16,493 nucleotides of DNA, taken from the NCBI GenBank assembly GCA_040878765.1, contig JBBDLQ010000196.1, positions 43,583 to 60,075 of the forward strand, given 5' to 3'. Positions 1-5,188 of the stretch are shown in pieces. Made by a program: the position numbers and the translations under genes. The notes beneath the pieces are model-generated. The model saw only the letters and a list, made by a program, of their open reading frames with translations. It was not told where the DNA came from and did no database searches. This DNA is from Balneolaceae bacterium (GTDB taxonomy: Bacteria; Bacteroidota; Rhodothermia; Balneolales; Balneolaceae). Within the stretch, counting starts at the first letter, position 1. Each line of letters starts with the position of its first letter.

Positions 1-512
1 GGTTCAATTACCAGTGGTGCTTCTGTTTGTCCTACAAAAATATTTGAGACCACTGAGAGTGTTTCAGCCCCCGAAGTGCCCAACAATTTCTGCATCCCTT
101 TAGAAACAATTCTTACAATGAATTGCAGTATTCCATAGTGATATAATATTGCAGTTAGCGAGGCGAAGAAAACAATGGTAGGCAACACCTGAAAGGCAAA
201 AAATACGCCAAGGCTATCAGCGTGTTCCGGGCCTTGTCCCAATCGTCCAAAAATAAAAGATGCACCTTCGGTGGTATAATTTAAAACCACAACGAAGAAA
301 CTGGCAATTTTTTGGAAGAGTATCATAGGCCAGCCCAGGGGTGCCCAATAGGCACTCATTACATCAGCCTTTAGAATGAAAATGGCAAGTATAAATTGTA
401 TCCCAATTCCAATACCTACCAGCCTCCAGTTAATATTTTTTCTGTTATTACTAAAGATAAAGGCGAGGCCAAGAATACTCACCATTCCAATTATACCGCG
501 TAATATTTCCAT
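1..512 (-). CDS. nupC: NupC/CNT-family concentrative nucleoside transporter, N-terminal ~170 aa only (the gene runs off the left edge of the window)
   Basis: Not in the ORF track because it is open-ended. Manual reverse-complement translation from ATG at 512..510 gives MEILRGIIGMVSILGLAFIFSNNRKNINWRLVGIGIGIQFILAIFILKADV...TEGASFIFGRLGQG...GVFFAFQVLPTIVFFASLTAILYHYGILQFIVRIVSKGMQKLLGTSGAETLSVVSNIFVGQTEAPLVIE, with no stop before position 1. The FAFQVLPTI.FF, SGAE and NIFVGQTEAPL blocks are characteristic of NupC-type transporters, and the sequence is hydrophobic and helical throughout. The ATG directly follows the tdk stop (TAAATG). Confidence 0.8.
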   Translation of the reverse strand, partial: MEILRGIIGMVSILGLAFIFSNNRKNINWRLVGIGIGIQFILAIFILKADVMSAYWAPLGWPMILFQKIASFFVVVLNYTTEGASFIFGRLGQGPEHADSLGVFFAFQVLPTIVFFASLTAILYHYGILQFIVRIVSKGMQKLLGTSGAETLSVVSNIFVGQTEAPLVIE

Positions 513-1193
513 TTAGGTGTGTTCTGAGTTTGTTTCTTCTTCTGTTTGGTCTGATTTTTTATGTTCTTTGGTTTTTTGAACCACGGGGTTTAAAAATGGC
601 CTAATGGGGCGCCCTCGCCGTTTATCAACCGGCGGACGGAAACAATGACGGGCTCTGGGTTCATATGCATCATATTCGCCAACTAATACTTGTCCTTCCT
701 TTTCTACTACGCGTTGAGAGTAGTGAGCCATGGTTCCGCTTTCGGCGCACACTGCGTGAAGTTTGGTTACGTATTCGGCAATTGCAAGTAAATAGGGCAT
801 GGGGCCAAATGGTTTTCCTTTAAAATCCATATCCAATCCAGCTACAATTACTCTTTTGCCATCATTAGCAAGAGAGTTTGCCACTTCCACAACCCGGTCA
901 TCAAAAAATTGAGCTTCGTCAATACAAACAACTTTTGCATTTCCGGTCAATAACACAATTTGATCAGCAGTATCCACTAAAATACTGGGAAGGGCAGTTT
1001 CATTATGCGAAACTACTTCGTTATCGCTATACCTTTTATCGAGTGCTGGTTTTACAACCACCACTTGTTGTCCGGCAATATGAGCCCGTTTGGCCCGCCG
1101 GATGAGCTCTTCGGTTTTGCCGCTGAACATACCGCCGCAAACAACTTCAATCCATCCAAATTCCCGTGGTGCTAACGAAGGTTCGTTAATCAT
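513..1193 (-). CDS. tdk: Thymidine kinase (TK1-like/type II) with a ~40-aa charged C-terminal tail
   Basis: 226-aa ORF. It has the P-loop GGMFSGKTEELIRR near the N-terminus, the VVCIDEAQFF (DEAQ) box, VIVAGLDMDFKGKPFG and a lasso-region remnant LHAVCAES...YEPRARHCF. The order and spacing are typical of bacterial Tdk. Confidence 0.9.
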   Translation of the reverse strand: MINEPSLAPREFGWIEVVCGGMFSGKTEELIRRAKRAHIAGQQVVVVKPALDKRYSDNEVVSHNETALPSILVDTADQIVLLTGNAKVVCIDEAQFFDDRVVEVANSLANDGKRVIVAGLDMDFKGKPFGPMPYLLAIAEYVTKLHAVCAESGTMAHYSQRVVEKEGQVLVGEYDAYEPRARHCFRPPVDKRRGRPIRPFLNPVVQKTKEHKKSDQTEEETNSEHT

Positions 1194-1460
1194 TTATTTT
1201 ATTAGGTGTACTTATTATTTACTTATTGAACCTTAAGATTTTGAGGAGGGAATATATCAGGGCAGGAGGAGAAAAGGAAAGAAGAAAAATTGATTATTAT
1301 TTATGTCTTCTGAATAAGGGCAAAACACTACATACACTTTGGCCTGATTCAAACATTTGGGAGAACTAACTATCGGTCAGATTTGTGACCCCCAGACTGT
1401 ATTGTGATTATTTCTAAATTTTATGTCCAACCTCATTGTAATTCTTAGTAATTTTGGGTT
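1194..1460. promoter_or_regulatory. Divergent intergenic region that presumably carries the tdk-nupC and tmk promoters
   Basis: 267-nt non-coding gap between divergently oriented tdk (-) and tmk (+). A TAATTTTG sequence (1450..1457) fits the Bacteroidota -7 element TAnnTTTG, just upstream of the tmk ATG. No promoter was verified; this is positional inference only. Confidence 0.35.
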
Positions 1461-2063
1461 ATGCTAATAACATTTGAAGGAATAGACGGTAGCGGGAAAT
1501 CAACACAGATTTCATTACTAAAGGAGAAGCTCATAAAACTGGGGCATAAGGTTGAAGTATTTCGCGAACCGGGCGGAACGGATGTCTCTGAAATGATTCG
1601 GGGGATGCTGCTCAATCCAGAGATAAATATTGATCCGGTAACTGAGTTGTTGCTTTTTTCTTCCGCCCGTTCGCAATTAGTAGCTGAAAAGGTGCGACCC
1701 TTATTAAAAGAAAATGCTATAGTTATTTTGGATCGTTTTTATGATTCAACTACTGCTTACCAGGGTTTTGGGCGGAAGAGTATGCCAATTGAACAAATTC
1801 ATCAAATTAACGTTGCAGCCACCCATAATTTAGTCCCTGATTTCACCTTTTATCTGCGTTTAACTTTAGAAGAAGCACAGGAAAGAACCAAGCATTTTGA
1901 AAAAGATCGTATGGAACTCTCAGGAGATTCATTTTTTAAAAGAGTTTTTGATGGATTTGAACACCTTGCCAAAACCGAATCACGGTTTAAAGCGATTGAT
2001 GCAGGGCGTGATATAGATTCTATCCATCAGGATATTTTTAGTATGCTTAAATCAGAACTCTGA
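1461..2063 (+). CDS. tmk: dTMP (thymidylate) kinase
   Basis: 200-aa ORF. The N-terminus ITFEGIDGSGKSTQ is the canonical Tmk P-loop context. It also has FREPGGT, LLFSSARSQL, ILDRFYDSTTAYQG (DR(Y/F) motif) and a lid-like region. Length is typical. Confidence 0.92.
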   Translation: MLITFEGIDGSGKSTQISLLKEKLIKLGHKVEVFREPGGTDVSEMIRGMLLNPEINIDPVTELLLFSSARSQLVAEKVRPLLKENAIVILDRFYDSTTAYQGFGRKSMPIEQIHQINVAATHNLVPDFTFYLRLTLEEAQERTKHFEKDRMELSGDSFFKRVFDGFEHLAKTESRFKAIDAGRDIDSIHQDIFSMLKSEL

Positions 2064-2295
2064 ATATAACTCTCAGAAGTAGCTTTTAAGTACGTTTTGA
2101 AATTATAATGAAAGCGATTCCAGTTACTTTACAGAAAAAATCCAATAAGTTGATTATTTATCTTCGTTGATGATTGAGGCTTAATCATATTATCCGTAAA
2201 TTTAGAACAATCTGGATGAGTCCTGCCTGTTTCCATGACGACCAGTTCATCAAAAGAATACAATTCTAACGATCATAACTACCAAGTATTAAATT

Positions 2296-2775
2296 ATGGC
2301 GCACGAAAGAATCGAAATTGATTTACCTCTTGCCAAAGTATATGAGCTCCTAAGCAATCCAGTTGAATTTCCTAAGTTCTTGGAACGCATAGATAAAGTA
2401 GAGCGAATAAACTCTCAAACTTTCGAATATAAAACTGATATAGGGGGAGAAGAGTACAATTGGACTACTAATCTTATTGACAATCTCCGTAATACCCGAT
2501 TTGCCTGGATTACTATAAATGGTAATCTAAATCAAACCGGAACTATTCGATTTACACCGCTCGATAATGGTGAAAGAACTCGCGTTGAATTCTCTCTGGA
2601 TTACCGTACTTTTTTCGGTGACCCTGCTGAAGAGCTGGCAACTTTCATTGAAGATTCTCCTGCACAATTGGCCAAAGACCTTAAAAAGTTCAAAGAACTG
2701 GCCGAAAGCGGAACCTTCAAAGAAACCCCACTCGAACCTAAGGAAGAAGAAACCGAGGAAGAAGTTACTGCATAA
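2296..2775 (+). CDS. SRPBCC-superfamily protein (polyketide cyclase/dehydrase, CoxG-like fold) with an acidic C-terminal tail
   Basis: 159-aa ORF. The pattern IEIDLPLAKVYELLSNPVEFPKFLERIDKVE...W..........RF.W.......N.G.IRF.P...G.TRVEF is typical of small START/Bet v1-like SRPBCC proteins. The tail is PKEEETEEEVTA. Assignment is by fold-family pattern only; the function is unknown. Confidence 0.6.
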   Translation: MAHERIEIDLPLAKVYELLSNPVEFPKFLERIDKVERINSQTFEYKTDIGGEEYNWTTNLIDNLRNTRFAWITINGNLNQTGTIRFTPLDNGERTRVEFSLDYRTFFGDPAEELATFIEDSPAQLAKDLKKFKELAESGTFKETPLEPKEEETEEEVTA

Positions 2776-2809
2776 GGTAATTCAATAATTTTTTTACATA
2801 CATTACTTG

Positions 2810-2839
2810 ATGCGCATCAAACCGATGCGCATTTTTTTT
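2810..2839 (+). terminator. Rho-independent terminator downstream of the SRPBCC gene
   Basis: Perfect 9-bp stem ATGCGCATC (2810..2818) / GATGCGCAT (2824..2832) with a 5-nt loop AAACC, followed by a T run (2833..2839). Confidence 0.75.
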
Positions 2840-2863
2840 GTCTTTATTTTAAAGATCAGAATT

Positions 2864-3715
2864 ATGGAATTTAGCGAGTTTTTAAAATCTGAGTCGAGTT
2901 CACAACCTCACTACTTGTTGATCGGGAGTCCTGTAAGTCACAGCGTTTCCCCATTGATGCATAACACAGCTTTGGAACATCACCAATTAGCGGCTACCTA
3001 TCATGCTGTTTCGGTTAAGATTAGTGAGATAAGCACCTTAATTGCTCATTTTAACCGGATTGAGTTCCTGGGAGCCAATATCACTATTCCCTATAAAGAG
3101 ACTTTATTTGATGCTATGGATACACTTGGAGTTGAAGCAGCACAAATCGGGGCCATTAATACAATTGTTAAACGAGACGGAAAAATTATAGGTGAAAATA
3201 CCGATGCTTACGGTTTTAAAGCACCAATTGTAGAATTTGAAGACGAATTAGCAGGTGAAAGAGCTATTATATTTGGAACAGGCGGTGCAACTAAAGCTAT
3301 TTCCTTTGCACTCCGGGAAATGGGAATAGAAGAAATTGTAATGGTTTCACGACGGCCGGGACAATATGATGACAAGTCTAATATTATAATATGTGGATAT
3401 GACAACTGGACTGCCTTTGCCGAAGAATCATCTCTCATAATAAATGCTACACCGCTTGGCATGGTGCCAAATACGGATGCATCTCCGGTTAAGGATGATG
3501 AAGTTGATGTATTAAAAGATAAGATCTGTTATGATGTTGTATATAATCCTCAGGAAACAAAATTTTTAAAACAGGCTGGCAAAGCGGGTGGAATTCCTAT
3601 TGGTGGTTTGGATATGCTGATTCATCAGGGTGCCAGGTCTTTTAAAATGTGGACCGAAAAAGAATTCCCGCTCGGTCTTATCAAAATGAGGTTAGAGGAT
3701 GTCTTCCCGCATTAA
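2864..3715 (+). CDS. aroE: Shikimate 5-dehydrogenase
   Basis: It has LLIGSPVSHSVSPLMHNTAL (G.P..HS.SP..HN motif), NITIPYKE, INTIV, GENTDAYGF (NTD motif) and the GTGGATKA dinucleotide-binding loop. I place the start at ATG 2864 (MEFSEF...) rather than the ORF-track start at 2807. The first 19 codons of the track ORF are the terminator hairpin and T-run of the upstream gene. Confidence 0.88.
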   Translation: MEFSEFLKSESSSQPHYLLIGSPVSHSVSPLMHNTALEHHQLAATYHAVSVKISEISTLIAHFNRIEFLGANITIPYKETLFDAMDTLGVEAAQIGAINTIVKRDGKIIGENTDAYGFKAPIVEFEDELAGERAIIFGTGGATKAISFALREMGIEEIVMVSRRPGQYDDKSNIIICGYDNWTAFAEESSLIINATPLGMVPNTDASPVKDDEVDVLKDKICYDVVYNPQETKFLKQAGKAGGIPIGGLDMLIHQGARSFKMWTEKEFPLGLIKMRLEDVFPH

Positions 3716-4448
3716 TATCATCAAACCCGGCAATCTTAATAATGATAGAATCTCCAGTTGGTTTACGCTGAGAAATCATAAAAACGTTCATCCTGAAAAT
3801 ACAATACCGGGGTTGAATATTGGGCTTAATACGGATGAATCATCCTCCATTGTATTAGAAAACAGACGGCTTCTCCTGGAAGAAATTGGAGTCAATGAAA
3901 ATGAAATTGCTTATGCAGTTCAGGTTCATGAGACAGAGGTTGAAGTTGTAGAAGAAGGTGGTATTTACCTAAATAAAGATGCATTTATAACGAATAAACC
4001 CGGATTGGCATTAGCGATTCAGGTAGCTGATTGTGCGGCTGTTTTGTTTGGGGATTCCAGGAATGGAGTAATAGCAGCAGCACATGCAGGCTGGCGGGGG
4101 GCGGCTGGTGGAATTGTCCCCAAAACAATTCATTATATGAAGGATTTAGGCTCAGAACCTAAATTTATAAAGGCATATGTGAGTCCGTGTATTTCACTTA
4201 AAAATTTTGAAGTTGGTGAGGAAGTGGCGGTACAATTTCCGGATGAATTTATACATCGCCAGAATTTTAGCAAGCCTCATGTAGATTTTAAAGCATTTAT
4301 CAGGCATCAATTAATGGAAGCTGGAGTGCCAGCTAAGAATATTGAAATTGACCCGCATTGTACCATTTCAGATGACAATTTCTATTCCTATCGCCGCCAA
4401 AAAAAGGAAAGTGGACGAATGATGGGGATTATAAAAATCAACAGATGA
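3699..4448 (+). CDS. pgeF: YfiH/PgeF family protein (DUF152, Cu-oxidase_4; peptidoglycan editing factor / purine nucleoside-processing enzyme family)
   Basis: 249-aa ORF with the family signature blocks QVHETEV, ALAIQVADCAAVLF, AAHAGWRGAAGGIV, VSPCISLKNFEVGEEV and HCTISDDNFYSYRR. It overlaps the aroE 3' end by 17 nt, which suggests co-transcription. Confidence 0.85.
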   Translation: MSSRINIIKPGNLNNDRISSWFTLRNHKNVHPENTIPGLNIGLNTDESSSIVLENRRLLLEEIGVNENEIAYAVQVHETEVEVVEEGGIYLNKDAFITNKPGLALAIQVADCAAVLFGDSRNGVIAAAHAGWRGAAGGIVPKTIHYMKDLGSEPKFIKAYVSPCISLKNFEVGEEVAVQFPDEFIHRQNFSKPHVDFKAFIRHQLMEAGVPAKNIEIDPHCTISDDNFYSYRRQKKESGRMMGIIKINR

Positions 4449-4547
4449 AGTATTTACCGTTTATTCTGAATACCTCATTAACCAATTGTTTCTGATTTTT
4501 GCTTTTCCCATATTCAGATCATCAAATTTTATCAAACACTATTAATT

Positions 4548-5081
4548 ATGAATAGAATAGGTGCAATTACACTTTCAATATTACTGATACTTGTGTTGAC
4601 TTGCCCAGCTTTGGCGCAAGAGGCTGAAAACGACTTTAAAGAACAGTTTACAAACCATTTTAGCTATGCAAACCGGGTAGTTCAGTTAGCAAAAGCAATA
4701 CCTGCAGAGGACTATAGCTGGCGGCCGGCCGAAGGGGTAATGTCAATAGAAGAAGTATTCGCCCACATTGCTCAGTCCAATTATTATTATTTGACCGGAA
4801 CCCTTGGGCTTGAAAGCCCGGAAGGCCTTGACCTGCAAAATATGGGAGAGGTAACCGGCAAAGATGAAGTGCTGAAGCTGATGGAAGAATCCATTGATTT
4901 TGTGAATGCCTCGGTTGCGGATTTACCAGAAGAAGTGTTAACTGATTCTTATCAACTTTATGGGCGCTCAGTGACCGGACAGGCTGTTTTATTTCAATTG
5001 GTTACACATTTAAGCGAGCATGTAGGTCAGTCTATCGCCTATGCCCGGATGAATGGAGTAACGCCTCCCTGGAGTCAGTAA
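4548..5081 (+). CDS. DinB-family (DinB_2 / YfiT-like four-helix bundle) protein with an N-terminal signal peptide
   Basis: 177-aa ORF. The N-terminus MNRIGAITLSILLILVLTCPALA/QEA looks like a Sec signal peptide. The putative metal-binding His triad has the usual DinB spacing (H73 in FAHIAQSNYY, H154 and H158 in THLSEHVGQ). The C-terminus is AYARMNGVTPPW. Confidence 0.7.
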   Translation: MNRIGAITLSILLILVLTCPALAQEAENDFKEQFTNHFSYANRVVQLAKAIPAEDYSWRPAEGVMSIEEVFAHIAQSNYYYLTGTLGLESPEGLDLQNMGEVTGKDEVLKLMEESIDFVNASVADLPEEVLTDSYQLYGRSVTGQAVLFQLVTHLSEHVGQSIAYARMNGVTPPWSQ

Positions 5082-5132
5082 AAACACTTTATTCTTATTT
5101 AGTTTAAGCAGGATTTAATCTGTGTTTAATAC

Positions 5133-5175
5133 AAAAAAAGCTACGATCATTTGTGACCGTAGCTTATTTATTTTA
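5133..5175. terminator. Bidirectional rho-independent terminator between the convergent DinB-family gene and the T9SS cargo gene
   Basis: The stem spans 5138..5149 / 5154..5165 (AAGCTACGATCA / TGACCGTAGCTT, one A:C mismatch) with loop TTTG. An A7 run lies on the left (a U-run for the minus-strand transcript) and the T-rich TATTTATTTTA on the right (for the plus-strand transcript). Confidence 0.7.
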
Positions 5176-5188
5176 TTCTTGGTTGTGA

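Noticed and set aside
1-30. GGTTCAATTACC at the window start resembles a tRNA T-arm/T-loop
   Set aside because: No acceptor, D or anticodon arms can be built. The sequence lies inside the continuous NupC reading frame.
878-1105. 75-aa plus-strand ORF inside tdk. The same reasoning applies to 3208..3462 (opposite aroE), 9523..9705 (opposite rseP), 11091..11342 and 11508..11726 (opposite pssA), and 15199..15444 (opposite the 511-aa gene).
   Set aside because: Each lies wholly antisense to a confidently assigned CDS and has no recognisable features.
2064-2295. 232-nt gap between tmk and the SRPBCC gene, checked for a small RNA, riboswitch or small protein. It contains a 20-codon ORF at 2108..2170 and a 35-aa minus-strand ORF.
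   Set aside because: It has no stable extended secondary structure (only a 6-bp ATGATT/AATCAT hairpin), no known riboswitch core sequences and no terminator. The mini-ORFs have no supporting signals.
2567-2788. 73-aa same-strand, alternative-frame ORF overlapping the 3' half of the SRPBCC gene
   Set aside because: Its Lys-rich translation is the +1-frame reading of the Glu/Lys-rich acidic tail (GAA/AAG repeats). The SRPBCC frame gives a coherent fold-family pattern, and there is no evidence for frameshifting.
4465-4518. 8-bp inverted repeat TCTGAATA (4465..4472) / TATTCAGA (4511..4518) between pgeF and the DinB-family gene
   Set aside because: The arms are 38 nt apart and AT-rich, and no U-run follows. 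A match of this size is plausible by chance in AT-rich DNA. It could be a weak terminator or operator, but I cannot support either.
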